From a virus (lineage: Duplodnaviria > Heunggongvirae > Uroviricota > Caudoviricetes): a stretch of DNA of 42,538 nucleotides. Under the pieces are notes generated by a model. That model was not told the DNA's origin. It worked only from the letters and a program-made list of their open reading frames with translations, and searched no databases. The translations under genes were made by a program, and so were the position numbers. Positions 17,309-27,199 of this stretch are shown here, in pieces (positions within the stretch are counted from its first letter, which is position 1; the number at the start of each line of letters is the position of its first letter). Location: the IMG/VR virus record IMGVR_UViG_2537561945_000004; one strand, written 5' to 3'.

Positions 17309-17853
17309 TATAATCCTCCGGGTAATCTGGTTCCTGCTGCTGCCCCGATTGGTGCAGGAGTGCTTTGAGTAAACGGACTCCACGTCCCACCAAACATCTG
17401 GTACGCACCGTATGCCTTCAGAGGCGCAGTGAGCAATGTTGTTGCTGCTCCCACATTCCCCTGTTTACGGGCTGAACTGGCTTCTGCTTTATAGTTGGCA
17501 GCCTGAACCTGATAACCATAAGCCTCGCGTTGCGCGTTATTCACCGTCGTCAGCGAATCAAGAGCGCCAAACTGGGCAGTGTCGCCAAATATATCCAGCG
17601 CGTTACCTGTAGATAAATCAGCGCCGGTAGCCCCCATTGTCGCCGCCTGTGTACCAAGCCGCTGTCGGGTCTCTCTGCGTCGTTGCTCAGCTTCAGCGTT
17701 ACCTCTGTTTATTGCATCATTTGCCTGAGATGTGGCTATATCTGCGTTCGCTTCTGCAACCTTCGAGGCATACTTTCCCTGTTGGTACTGGGTGTATGCC
17801 TGAATGCCACTCATGGCGAGCATTGCGCCACCAGCAATAACCGGATCGCACAT
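17308..17853 (-). CDS. Internal virion protein B-like (T7 gp14-like)
   Basis: N-terminus MCDPVIAGGAMLAMSGIQAYTQYQQG... resembles T7 gp14 N-terminus as I recall it; Ala/Gln-rich, 181 aa. Confidence 0.5.
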   Translation of the reverse strand: MCDPVIAGGAMLAMSGIQAYTQYQQGKYASKVAEANADIATSQANDAINRGNAEAEQRRRETRQRLGTQAATMGATGADLSTGNALDIFGDTAQFGALDSLTTVNNAQREAYGYQVQAANYKAEASSARKQGNVGAATTLLTAPLKAYGAYQMFGGTWSPFTQSTPAPIGAAAGTRLPGGL

Positions 17854-18317
17854 TATTTTCTCTCCATGTGAAATCTGTGGAAATTAAGACCAAGAGCACC
17901 ATAAGGCGCGGCTTCTTCAAGCCTGAATCCAAGCCAGTGCAGCCATGCTTTGGCAACATGGTTTCGCTCGTCGACGTAGTTTTCCAGGCGCGGATAAACT
18001 GCCAGCATCTGCTGCAATACAGGGCGGCAGTGGCGCAGAAATGTCTTCTGATATTTTTCAATACGGCTGGTTCCTACCAGCCAGGGCGTACCATTGCCAC
18101 CGATCATTGACGCCGGAGATACACCAAACATGGTTACCAGTTCTCCGTTCGCGAACCCTGACCAGGCCATAGTCGCAGTGCGAAGACCAACGCGCAGCGC
18201 ATCTTCGGTAGTCATCAGCGATACCGCATACAGTTCGTCAATATCAGCCTGACGAACATCCGGCAAAATCATCTGAAGATGCTCTTCGGTAGCGGGAATA
18301 ATTTGAACATCGATCAT
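17853..18317 (-). CDS. Virion protein (T7 gp13-like position), function unknown
   Basis: 154 aa between tail-tube B-like and gp14-like genes; start overlaps upstream stop. Confidence 0.4.
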   Translation of the reverse strand: MIDVQIIPATEEHLQMILPDVRQADIDELYAVSLMTTEDALRVGLRTATMAWSGFANGELVTMFGVSPASMIGGNGTPWLVGTSRIEKYQKTFLRHCRPVLQQMLAVYPRLENYVDERNHVAKAWLHWLGFRLEEAAPYGALGLNFHRFHMERK

Positions 18318-20788
18318 CAGAATCCCCCAACAGTAAGGCGAGGAATAACGGCAAGAACAGACAGCGGCAACGGGTCAAGCTGACGGATTTTTACACGCCC
18401 GTTTTTGCCCCAGTTACTGTCCAGTTTCACTTCTACTTTTCCGGTAGCATCATCAACAGGATCATCGTAGAACTCGAATTCACGCTGTGGATATTCGTAC
18501 CATTTACCGCCGGGCGTAGTCGCCCAGATGCCGCGACTGGCATTCACAACCAGAGTAACGGACGGGATCACCTGTTTTTTGTCCAGCAGCGTTTCCTGTC
18601 CGTTAATGTTGATATCCAGTGTTTCGAATTCAGCAGTTATTGGCAGGCCGATGTGCACAACAGCCCCCGGTGATTCCAGCGTGACGGCACCTCCGGAAAC
18701 CACTTTTTGTGGTTCCACGTTCGCATCAGAGAGGATGTTTACGGTCTGGCCTTCAAGATGAGACAAGCCGCCAAATGTCCGGCGCGCCATCTGCCAGTTC
18801 GTGGTGGCCACATTCCTGAGGGATGGCGGGACGTTCCTGTTAGCACGAACCACTACTGCGGTATTGCTGGTTACAGAAATAATGTCGCAACGTAATTCTT
18901 TTGACACTTCATCGCCAGTATCAGGATCAGCTCCGGTATAAGGGAACTGTAGTTGCGCACCAACATCACTACTGGTGAAGTACGCACCACCAGAAACACT
19001 GATTGTATATTCCGCGTGGTAATCCCATTCACCAGAACCACCAGTGATGGTCATCGTTCTGTCAGACGTATTTCTTCCATCATAGCTAAGGCCAGAATCA
19101 ACAAAGAAAGCATCTTCATCGCTGGTAAATAAACGGCTGGACAGTCTCTCGATGTATCTCACTGTTTGCCCGTTAACGGTTCTGTTAACGACGAAATACA
19201 CTGCATCTTCATTGCCTTCGCTGATACTGCATGTGCTTTCATATTTTCCGGTACTGGATTGTGGTGCCCATGCAAAAACCTGCTGATCACGCAAATAGGT
19301 CATCACCAGTAATTTACCGTCATCACGAATGCAGAAGGCACTGGAGTAAGGGACAATCGAGAAGCACCAGTCAACAATGCTGTGCTTCTGAAAAAGATGA
19401 TTGGCAAGGATAGTAAGGTCGTTCCCCTGATAGCCGTCAACATCGAATGAATAGGCCAGATCACGGACAACACTGCCTTTCTCCTGGACGAACAGAGCAA
19501 TATTCGCCACAGCAATTGGTGGGACGTTGCTTGAGCCATTTGATCCCTGAGAGCTGAATGCAAATGATGATGGGGTTAACACTTTGTTCTGGTCACCGGT
19601 GATGACGTACTCACCTCCGGAAGTCAGCGCCACCAGAGAACCAACATCAATCAGGTGACGGATCTCATTAACCTGACGCCCGGCATAGGTGTAGATAATT
19701 CTGTCGTCATCCTGCGTAGGATTGCTTTTGCCAAAATCCTTATAATCCCCGGTACGGCTGGCCCAGATAGTCTGAGGGAACGCAGTCGATGCGGCGAAGT
19801 AAAGACGTTGTTGATAATAAACAACAGTGCCAGGATAACCATTAACACTGTTCCAGGCATATTTAGCCCATTTATAGCTGGCATTATCCTCGCCCACGAC
19901 CTGCGAAGGGATATAGGAAATCACCTCGGCAGTTGCAGTAGTTCCATTTGCAGCAGTGATACGGGCAATGCCAAAACCACTGTGCAGATATTCCCACTCA
20001 ATGCCAGTATCATCATCACCGGATCCGCCCCAGCCATCCCATGATGTGCCTTCTGTATGCGAAGGGCGCAAAGTACCTGTTTTGCCTGCTGTAACGGCGC
20101 GATAGTAGTTACTGTCTGCACGGCGAATATCGCCAATCGACGTACTCTTACTGGTTTCCCATACCGGCACTGAATCCACTGCAGGCTGTTCCAGATAGAA
20201 CAATTTGCCTACCTGCTCCGCGCCAAAAATAGAGGCGCTTGCCGTTAACGTAATTGTCCCGGTGCTGGCGCTGGCATAAACCGTCACTGACTCGTCAATA
20301 TTGATATCTTCAAATGGCCCGTTCTTCGTTACCACATCAACCAGTTGCCAGTTGTCATGAGCATATCGGCGCAACTCTTTCGGCGGGTATGCCGGGTGAA
20401 CCAGCGTAAGCACGTCGGCGCTTTGCGTGAATTTAATTCGGAACAGATCGGCTTCAGTATATGGCGTGGCAATTTCATAAATAACATTGCTGCTGTTCAG
20501 CACCAACGCACCATCTTTGATAACGCGCATGTACTGGTGTCCGAACTCCAGAGCATAGGTCTGAACCGTCGAGAACTGGAACGGGATCAGGCGGCATTTC
20601 CGATTTGGGTATTTGGCGGCACCGACAAAACGCGTACCAGGTCGATTCTCAACGCCGCCATACTGCCGCACGATAAAGTTATCGCACTTGCGCAATGCTA
20701 CCTGGTACTTCGCCATGTCAATACGCCCGTACAACGACGGTCCAATCTCACCACCGGCAAAGCTGGGCTGGATCCAACTGATAGCCAT
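18317..20788 (-). CDS. Tail tubular protein B-like (nozzle; T7 gp12-like)
   Basis: 823 aa; N-terminal pattern IQPSFAGGEIGPSLYGRIDMAKYQ typical of podoviral tail-tube B proteins. Confidence 0.55.
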   Translation of the reverse strand: MAISWIQPSFAGGEIGPSLYGRIDMAKYQVALRKCDNFIVRQYGGVENRPGTRFVGAAKYPNRKCRLIPFQFSTVQTYALEFGHQYMRVIKDGALVLNSSNVIYEIATPYTEADLFRIKFTQSADVLTLVHPAYPPKELRRYAHDNWQLVDVVTKNGPFEDINIDESVTVYASASTGTITLTASASIFGAEQVGKLFYLEQPAVDSVPVWETSKSTSIGDIRRADSNYYRAVTAGKTGTLRPSHTEGTSWDGWGGSGDDDTGIEWEYLHSGFGIARITAANGTTATAEVISYIPSQVVGEDNASYKWAKYAWNSVNGYPGTVVYYQQRLYFAASTAFPQTIWASRTGDYKDFGKSNPTQDDDRIIYTYAGRQVNEIRHLIDVGSLVALTSGGEYVITGDQNKVLTPSSFAFSSQGSNGSSNVPPIAVANIALFVQEKGSVVRDLAYSFDVDGYQGNDLTILANHLFQKHSIVDWCFSIVPYSSAFCIRDDGKLLVMTYLRDQQVFAWAPQSSTGKYESTCSISEGNEDAVYFVVNRTVNGQTVRYIERLSSRLFTSDEDAFFVDSGLSYDGRNTSDRTMTITGGSGEWDYHAEYTISVSGGAYFTSSDVGAQLQFPYTGADPDTGDEVSKELRCDIISVTSNTAVVVRANRNVPPSLRNVATTNWQMARRTFGGLSHLEGQTVNILSDANVEPQKVVSGGAVTLESPGAVVHIGLPITAEFETLDININGQETLLDKKQVIPSVTLVVNASRGIWATTPGGKWYEYPQREFEFYDDPVDDATGKVEVKLDSNWGKNGRVKIRQLDPLPLSVLAVIPRLTVGGF

Positions 20789-21396
20789 CAGGACAACCTC
20801 GCAATGGTAAACTCATCAACCGGTGGCTGTGGTTCCTGTGATTCATTCTGGCTATGCGAGCCAGCACTAAGAATCACGCGATTGTACATATTGAGGGCAA
20901 ACGTACCGAGGTCTGCATTCCCAGTCAGCGCCATGTTAATAGCTGCCGCAAGACGCCAGGCCAACGCCTCCATAAAAATGGCATCAAACATGTTCACATC
21001 TGTAACGCGAGAGACATACTTGAGCCATGCCTGAGGCTGGTCTGTGTAGATCAACTTTCCTGTTCCGTTGGTGTCTGCACCAACTTCGTACTGAACGCGC
21101 ATTGCTGCTGTTGGATTGCGTACACCAGGAAGCATAATTTCAGTAATGCGCAGACAATCTGACGGGTACTGGTACGCATATTCCCAGTCAGGCGGTGGAT
21201 TGCTCGTATCTGCAAGCGCCACGCGTTTGGTAGCAAAGTTCCAGTCAAAATCAGAAAGCACAGCATCACGACAGGCCTCAAAGTGCAGCGAACATTCCCC
21301 CGCTTCCTTGCTGGCTTCCGTCAGGCTGTTAATGCTGCGGCTGTTGCCAATATTGGACAGCGCACGATTACAGATCTCTACTACAGAGGCCATCAC
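20788..21396 (-). CDS. Tail tubular protein A-like (adaptor; T7 gp11-like)
   Basis: 202 aa; N-terminal pattern VVEICNRALSNIGNSRSINSLTE...DFDWNF parallels T7 gp11. Confidence 0.5.
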   Translation of the reverse strand: MMASVVEICNRALSNIGNSRSINSLTEASKEAGECSLHFEACRDAVLSDFDWNFATKRVALADTSNPPPDWEYAYQYPSDCLRITEIMLPGVRNPTAAMRVQYEVGADTNGTGKLIYTDQPQAWLKYVSRVTDVNMFDAIFMEALAWRLAAAINMALTGNADLGTFALNMYNRVILSAGSHSQNESQEPQPPVDEFTIARLS

Positions 21397-21722
21397 TCAC
21401 CTCCGTTACCGTACAGAGTTTCAGCCGCTGATTTTTCTACATCCCCGGAAACAGGAGCGATCGCCATATCAGTGATCTGCAGATCGGCGCTGCGATTAAC
21501 GCCATCGTTAGTTTCTCTGGCAGACAGGCCTCGAATAACAGCCTTTGCAGTTATCATCACTTCCGTTCCGACGCCCTTAGGTTGCGCCTTCAGCTTATTC
21601 AATGTGTCGTTATTAAGAGTGATGCACAGCCCCCACGGGTATTCATCGCGAGTTCTGGTTTCTCCGCTCTCATCCTGGTAGCTGTCAGTGCCGGTTTTGA
21701 GGTTTACGAGTTCCATATACAC
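21393..21722 (-). CDS. Hypothetical virion/head-completion protein
   Basis: ORF track; GCAGGAGT RBS; in structural operon. Confidence 0.45.
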   Translation of the reverse strand: MYMELVNLKTGTDSYQDESGETRTRDEYPWGLCITLNNDTLNKLKAQPKGVGTEVMITAKAVIRGLSARETNDGVNRSADLQITDMAIAPVSGDVEKSAAETLYGNGGE

Positions 21723-21724
21723 TC

Positions 21725-21750
21725 CTGCAATAAAGGGGCCGAAGCCCCTT
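21725..21750 (-). terminator. Intra-operon hairpin terminator
   Basis: On the minus strand AAGGGGC-TTCG-GCCCCTT followed by TTATT, just before the RBS of 21393-21722. Confidence 0.45.
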
Positions 21751-21766
21751 GTCTGATCCGCGAGGC

Positions 21767-22111
21767 TTACACGCCCAGTTCTTTACGCTTATCTGCGATC
21801 TTCTCGCGGAGCGTTTCGGCTTTGGCGTTATGGTGTGGCTTCTCGTTAAAGAGCAATTCGTACTCTTCACGGAGCTTATCCAGCTCACCATCATCTGACA
21901 CATCGTTGATGATTTTGGTACTGGTTGCTGCCATTGACACCTTTCCTGCTACCTTTGCTTTTGCCTGTCTGGCTGCATCGTTAACAGGTTCCAGTGCGCT
22001 ACCAGGCTCACCTTCGTATTCGATTTCTGCCCCCTCCGGCCACAGAGTGTTATGGATATGAGAGAGGCGCAGAACGCGGTATCTTGGTTTCTCACCTGAC
22101 ATCGATATCAC
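21767..22111 (-). CDS. Hypothetical structural protein
   Basis: ORF track; 114 aa, charged, in structural operon. Confidence 0.45.
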   Translation of the reverse strand: MISMSGEKPRYRVLRLSHIHNTLWPEGAEIEYEGEPGSALEPVNDAARQAKAKVAGKVSMAATSTKIINDVSDDGELDKLREEYELLFNEKPHHNAKAETLREKIADKRKELGV

Positions 22112-22112
22112 C

Positions 22113-22550
22113 TTAACCAGTTACTTTTGAGCGGATCGGATACGGCGTATTGGCATCAACATCAAGACTGATACCAGCAGTGAATTCGCCAGCCGTTAGT
22201 GGGCCAGTTGCGACGGAGTAGTTAACACGCAGATATCGCTGAACACCGGCAGGCACCTTTGCAGAAACAACTCGTTTACCTGCTGTCAGGGCGGTCTTTG
22301 CCAGTGCACCACTATCATAAATAGTGGTCCATGAGCTGTTATTCTCACTCGTCTGCAACTGGATGTTTACAGTTGCCTCACCACTTGCCGTGGCGGCTTC
22401 GTTAACCAGCGCCCAAAACTCAAGCGGGTAACCCACGCCGATATCACGACGTTTTCCGTCAATTGGACCGAGATCGATTACGTCAGTAGAAGCCGCGGTA
22501 TTCGTAACCGCCTGAGCTTCGGAGAACATCAACAGTTTGTCGGTGATCAT
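22113..22550 (-). CDS. Virion structural protein (possible capsid decoration protein)
   Basis: 145 aa beta-rich protein directly downstream of the major capsid gene; GGAGAAAG RBS. Confidence 0.45.
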   Translation of the reverse strand: MITDKLLMFSEAQAVTNTAASTDVIDLGPIDGKRRDIGVGYPLEFWALVNEAATASGEATVNIQLQTSENNSSWTTIYDSGALAKTALTAGKRVVSAKVPAGVQRYLRVNYSVATGPLTAGEFTAGISLDVDANTPYPIRSKVTG

Positions 22551-22601
22551 CTTCTTTCTCCATTAGTGGGTCTGTTACGACCCACAGGTTAATAACAGGC
22601 G

Positions 22602-23594
22602 TTACACCACGCGGGCTTCTGTTTCCAGAAGCGCATCAGTTTCACGGATTGGTACACCACGGAATGAAGTCCACCACTCGCCTTCAGTCTCTTTTACGCT
22701 GATAGCCAGAGATGTTTTCTCCAGAGATTGCAGATCAAGAGCCTGGCCTACAGTGCGGTTCATGTAGAACACCGGGCGGCCCATTCCACGGTTTGGAATG
22801 CGATGCAGTGCTTTAACCATCAACTTCGCAATATTTGCGGCAGAGGAAGGTTCTGAAAGATTGCTGACATCGATGTTTGCAATGCGAACAACATAACGCC
22901 AGTCACGCAGAGCAAGTCCGTTGTCCCATTTGTAATGGGTGCGATAGCCTTCGTACTTGCCGCCATTAGCATCTTCCAGTGTCACCTGGCCTTTATCTTC
23001 CATCTGGATGCCAGCCTTCTGCCCTTTCGGGAAGATGCCATGCACGGTGTTTTCGCCCCACACCACTAACCAGATTGAGGTGTTATCTGTACCCGTGCCA
23101 CCAGCATCAATGATGTTCTGAGCATTACCCGCAGACAGGCTGGAATAGCGGGAGGACAGTCCCATAAACTGCTGAGGGTTAACGCTGGAATCACCATAAA
23201 ACAGCGTCTGCGCCATCTGCTGATTCATCGCTTCAATAAATGCGCGGTCTTCAGACAGGCGGAATTCAGCGGTATTGCCGTTCAGATCAGCCAGTGACTT
23301 ATCGACTTCAGCATAGGTTTCCAGCATGCCAACGGAATCGGTTACCTGCACTGTGGTTGATTTGCTTGGCTGTACGCCATAGTTCAGCAAACGCCAGGTA
23401 GCTGAAGGTAAACCAGAACGAATGGTGGTTCGGTGTCCGGTAGGAAGGTTCCCTTCGACAAAAGGCATATCCTGAAGGATCGGGTTAGTTTGACCGAGAA
23501 GCTCGATAATCTTATCGACTTTCCCGTTTGGATCGACGCGCTTACCCCAGTCAGCCATCGTTAGCGCAGTTAAGCCTTTAACAGCCATTGTCAT
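22602..23594 (-). CDS. Major capsid protein
   Basis: 330 aa, directly downstream of the acidic scaffold gene and upstream of a stem-loop (22567-22586); position and size typical. Confidence 0.6.
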   Translation of the reverse strand: MTMAVKGLTALTMADWGKRVDPNGKVDKIIELLGQTNPILQDMPFVEGNLPTGHRTTIRSGLPSATWRLLNYGVQPSKSTTVQVTDSVGMLETYAEVDKSLADLNGNTAEFRLSEDRAFIEAMNQQMAQTLFYGDSSVNPQQFMGLSSRYSSLSAGNAQNIIDAGGTGTDNTSIWLVVWGENTVHGIFPKGQKAGIQMEDKGQVTLEDANGGKYEGYRTHYKWDNGLALRDWRYVVRIANIDVSNLSEPSSAANIAKLMVKALHRIPNRGMGRPVFYMNRTVGQALDLQSLEKTSLAISVKETEGEWWTSFRGVPIRETDALLETEARVV

Positions 23595-23602
23595 TTCCTC
23601 TC

Positions 23603-24304
23603 TTATTTGCCATAGAGCACTTCGGCCGCACTACGCTGGCCTTCATTACCACCGGTGACCATGCCATCTTCAGACATCGCCTTTCCGATTTTCACGAACG
23701 TTTTGACCAGATCAGGGTGATTACCCAGCCCGGTGGTGTTCAGATATTCTTTGAGTTCAGGTGTCCCGAACTGGTCAAGCGCACGCTGTGCGGCGCTAAG
23801 GTTAGAAATCAACTTGTCGCCACCGATTTCTTTGTCAGCTTTTACATCCGCAGCCCACTGCTCGGTTGTTTTCTGCCAGGCTTCTGCCTGGCGCTGCTGA
23901 ACACCTGCCAGAATCTTCGGATAAGCATCAACCAGCTTTTGCGCTTGCTCGTTGGTCAGGTTAAGTTCTCGCGCCACCGGCTCGAATTCATTCAACGCTT
24001 CTGTATCCAGCTCTACGCCTTCGGCAGCCTGAAACTCGTACTTCTCAGGCGCACCCTCTGGTTTATCGCCGTCCTTTTTTTCATCCTGCTTATCGTTTTC
24101 AGGCTTTTTGTCATCAGCAGGTTTATCGCCATCAGCAACAGGTTGTGGCTTATCACCTTCCTGTTGTGATGGATCACCAACTGGAGCAGGGTTATCACCT
24201 GCAGGCGCTGACGGTTCTGACGCAGCCGGAGCTGCTCCACCATCGACTGGTTGCTCATTGCAAAGACGGCGATACAGCAAACGCTCAAATAAATTCATGA
24301 TCAC
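23603..24304 (-). CDS. Scaffolding protein
   Basis: 233 aa, highly acidic, Pro/Ala/Asp/Lys low-complexity N-terminal half plus helical C-terminus, between portal and capsid. Confidence 0.55.
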   Translation of the reverse strand: MIMNLFERLLYRRLCNEQPVDGGAAPAASEPSAPAGDNPAPVGDPSQQEGDKPQPVADGDKPADDKKPENDKQDEKKDGDKPEGAPEKYEFQAAEGVELDTEALNEFEPVARELNLTNEQAQKLVDAYPKILAGVQQRQAEAWQKTTEQWAADVKADKEIGGDKLISNLSAAQRALDQFGTPELKEYLNTTGLGNHPDLVKTFVKIGKAMSEDGMVTGGNEGQRSAAEVLYGK

Positions 24305-24597
24305 TCCTGTTCACTGGCCTCTTTGGCCATCTTCAAATACTGTTCAGGGCAATGCGCCATAACGCGCTGAAACAGTTCCAGCGCCAGATTGCGTTGCCCC
24401 TCATTAAATGCCATTGCCATAGCGTCCATCGGTGAGATGGCGGAAAACACACGGCCTTTCTCCAGCACCGACCAGACAACGCGACGCCCCTGTTCACTGC
24501 TCATGACAAAGCGAATGTCATCAATTTCACGCTGCGCCATGTCACGTTGCTTACGGGCGTTTTCTTCTTTCAGTTGATCGTCTTCGTAATCTGTCAT
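24301..24597 (-). CDS. Hypothetical small protein between portal and scaffold
   Basis: 98 aa; overlaps portal stop and scaffold start (translational coupling). Confidence 0.45.
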   Translation of the reverse strand: MTDYEDDQLKEENARKQRDMAQREIDDIRFVMSSEQGRRVVWSVLEKGRVFSAISPMDAMAMAFNEGQRNLALELFQRVMAHCPEQYLKMAKEASEQE

Positions 24598-26273
24598 TGT
24601 GATTGCCCACCCTGACCACTAACTGCATTCGCCATAGCTGACAACACACTCGGATCCGAAGTTTTAGCTTCGCTTAGCGTCTTGGCCCCCTGTGCCGCCG
24701 CCATCCCCATCGCCATCATTTGTTGCTGCTGTTGTTGCTGTGCCCGTTGCTGGCGAGCCTGCTCAACCTGTTCCTGCGGAACAATGACGGTTGGAGACAC
24801 TCCGGACATATCAGCGAATGCATCGATCGCCTGATCAACGTTGAGTTTGTCGAGAGCTTCTGGTTTCGCTTGCGCAAGTTGACCAATGAAGTTGACCGTA
24901 GACGCCAGACTGGACAGGCCGATAGACTTCTGCGCCTGAGCCATGACGGAAATGTATTCGACCTTCAGGGGCATACCTTCCATCGCGTCAGGCGGTGGCG
25001 GCAGCATGTTTTTACGCACCATCATCGAGAAAGCGCGGTCAATGAGAGGATTAAGACATTCGTCGTTCAGACGCTCCAGAACCGGCCCCAACATCAGAAG
25101 TTTTTCTTCTTTCATTTCGATCACCGCTTCAACAGGCATCGAGCGGGTATTGATGTTCTGCAACATCATGAACAGATCGACAAAGTAGGCGCTGTTAATA
25201 ATTTGGCGAGTGTCCTGAATGTCTGCTACCAGATCTGCTGTACTGGGGTTAACCAGATAAGCAGGCCTGAAACCATCCTGACCAGTAATCTGATCGATAT
25301 ACGTGATGTCGCCAGGAAGAAGGGAGGCGCGCTGATTCTTGAGGGAAGTCGGAGCAACCATCGGCGGATTGGTGGCTTTATCAATCAACTGCGACTTGCG
25401 CTTCTGGAGAAGCTGCAATGCCTTAACAGGTCCAAGCGCCAGCATACCCGGGCATGATGATCCATAAACATCTTCGCCGTTAACTTCCCAGCGCGGAGCC
25501 ATAATTGGAAACTCATCGAATCCGGACTCACGCAACAACTTGTCGTTATCGCCACCAACCTCGTAATAAACCGATTTGAATGGCTTGTTCTTGCTATCCA
25601 GCTTCGATGTATCGCGGTCAATGTTCGGGTAAACCGAATGCATCACTTCAATCCACTTCTCGTAGGTGCCGCTTTCCCACATGCTTTTTACGGATTCGCT
25701 GACGTTATTTAGCCCGAACTCCTGAACAAGCTGACGAACAGTCATAGAGAACTTGCGAAAACAGGTGTCCACACTGCCACGAGGTGAGTTAGCCAGGTAG
25801 TAACTGCCTATCGGGAATGGCATTGTGCGAATGATGTCCTCGTCATCCTCCAGCACTGCCATTGCACCAGTGCTGTATGTGCCGAGGCTTCCGTATAACT
25901 GCGGCAGAGACTGATAGAGATTCGACTTATTGAACATATCGTTCATGCGGTTCTGCACCGCCTCAAGCCACAACTTAACAGGGCCATAATCCATCATTTC
26001 AGGATCTGGCGTAGCCAGGCGAAACCACGGACGCGCGGGGCTTGTGATGCCTGACATCATGCCGCTGGCGAGAGTGCGCGCCGCCATAGTCCCGGTCGAA
26101 TCAATAATGCGTGTATTGCGTCGATCGTTACGGTTGACCTCAGAAGTCAGAAAGCGGGAACCACGCGGGTTGATGTAATCACTCAACTCGCGCCAGTGCG
26201 GCTCGAACGACTGACGCTCGCTTTCAAGTTGTGCGAACTGTTTGTTCAATCGCTCTTTAGTTGTTTCCGCCAT
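24594..26273 (-). CDS. Portal (head-to-tail connector) protein, T7 gp8-like
   Basis: 559 aa; Gln/Ala/Met-rich C-terminal tail (QQRAQQQQQQQMMAMGMAAAQGA) like T7-type connectors; GGAG RBS. Confidence 0.7.
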   Translation of the reverse strand: MAETTKERLNKQFAQLESERQSFEPHWRELSDYINPRGSRFLTSEVNRNDRRNTRIIDSTGTMAARTLASGMMSGITSPARPWFRLATPDPEMMDYGPVKLWLEAVQNRMNDMFNKSNLYQSLPQLYGSLGTYSTGAMAVLEDDEDIIRTMPFPIGSYYLANSPRGSVDTCFRKFSMTVRQLVQEFGLNNVSESVKSMWESGTYEKWIEVMHSVYPNIDRDTSKLDSKNKPFKSVYYEVGGDNDKLLRESGFDEFPIMAPRWEVNGEDVYGSSCPGMLALGPVKALQLLQKRKSQLIDKATNPPMVAPTSLKNQRASLLPGDITYIDQITGQDGFRPAYLVNPSTADLVADIQDTRQIINSAYFVDLFMMLQNINTRSMPVEAVIEMKEEKLLMLGPVLERLNDECLNPLIDRAFSMMVRKNMLPPPPDAMEGMPLKVEYISVMAQAQKSIGLSSLASTVNFIGQLAQAKPEALDKLNVDQAIDAFADMSGVSPTVIVPQEQVEQARQQRAQQQQQQQMMAMGMAAAQGAKTLSEAKTSDPSVLSAMANAVSGQGGQSQ

Positions 26274-26287
26274 TTCAATGACTCCGG

Positions 26288-26494
26288 TTACTGACCAAGT
26301 AGCGTTTTACCGCTGGTATTAGCGGTTGATGTGTCGCCCTGAGAACCGGTAAGCAGCGTAGAACTACGACCAGCAGCAGCGCGACGGCGACGAGTTTCTT
26401 CGTCGCGGGCATCAACAACGGCGGCATCCTGCTCCTGTGGTGCTGCCTGAACTTCTGGTGTTGCAGGCACTGATGGTGAGCTACCCATGCACAT
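26288..26494 (-). CDS. Possible small protein upstream of portal
   Basis: 68-aa ORF with GGAGTCATTGA RBS-like motif identical to that in front of the portal gene; weak composition, uncertain. Confidence 0.3.
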   Translation of the reverse strand: MCMGSSPSVPATPEVQAAPQEQDAAVVDARDEETRRRRAAAGRSSTLLTGSQGDTSTANTSGKTLLGQ

Positions 26495-26583
26495 ATCAAT
26501 GACTCCGTACGCAATTAAATTATTACCAATTTAACCACATATGATTTATTTATCGTAGGAGGTTGACATTTAACGCACGAATT

Positions 26584-26600
26584 ATTACCTTTCAGGTAAC
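26584..26600. promoter_or_regulatory. Operator-like palindrome ATTACC-TTTCA-GGTAAC with TTGACA (26563-26568) upstream
   Basis: Perfect TTACC-N5-GGTAA; candidate promoter/operator for the plus-strand ncRNA/tRNA/moron unit. Confidence 0.45.
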
Positions 26601-26920
26601 CAAAAAGTTCATTCCGGTTACTAACCTGACTGGCTTGTCGTTAAATTGAACAGGTGGAGTGAGCTTTTATTTTGAGCAGTACGGCGTATGGCACATGCGC
26701 CGATAGCGGTCTGGGTACGTTTAAGGGGCACCCTCCCTTGCTCGGGCAAACGAACCAGGTAGCCGGAATGTGCAAGTCGAGCGGTTTTATTCCGCGCACG
26801 GGGATTCACCATCCCGGCGATTCGGTGTGACGCCTCGGAAGAGACGAGGTACAACGATGAGAGCATTTATGGATCCGCGACAAAGTGTGGCGCCTTAACA
26901 GGCTAAGTGCTCTCAGCGTT

Positions 26921-26997
26921 GTGGCATTAGCTCAGTTGGACAGAGCAACCGCCTTCTAAGCGGTTGGTCGCAGGTTCGAATCCTGCATGCCACGCCA
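26921..26997 (+). tRNA. tRNA-Arg (anticodon UCU, reads AGA), phage-encoded
   Basis: 77 nt; acceptor stem GTGGCAT/ATGCCAC, discriminator G then CCA; anticodon arm ACCGC-CTTCTAA-GCGGT; T-loop GGTTCGAATCC; sequence differs from the E. coli argU I recall. Confidence 0.85.
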
Positions 26998-27199
26998 GAA
27001 TCACGCCTAAGGACCGTGATGCCAGAAGTTCCAAGTGCTTGGCGGTGATGGTTTCCCTTGAAGGACTATCACCGCCCTTTTTACAGCAGGACGCCATTGC
27101 GATGACTTCATGCTGTAAACCCGTACAGCCACGGAAGGCAGAACTCATTGCTTCCAGTTCGCCCGGTTCGCCGGGCATTTTTTTGCTTGATGACCGCAA

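Noticed and set aside
24720-25457. 245-aa plus-strand ORF inside the portal gene
   Set aside because: Antisense shadow of the 559-aa portal ORF; Leu/Arg/His-rich, no start context.
26621-26866. 81-aa minus-strand ORF within the structured region upstream of the tRNA
   Set aside because: Arg-rich, no RBS, lies in hairpin-dense GC-rich sequence; treated as noncoding.
26840-26890. Hammerhead-ribozyme-like core (CGATGAGAG ... CGACAAAG) upstream of the tRNA
   Set aside because: Only partial matches to CUGAUGA / GAAAC cores and no convincing three-stem arrangement by eye; cannot be supported without a covariance-model scan.
26921-26997. tRNA-Arg as the prophage attachment site
   Set aside because: The integrase is about 14 kb away at the opposite end and phage structural genes flank the tRNA on both sides; the tRNA is intact with its own CCA, so it is phage cargo rather than attB.
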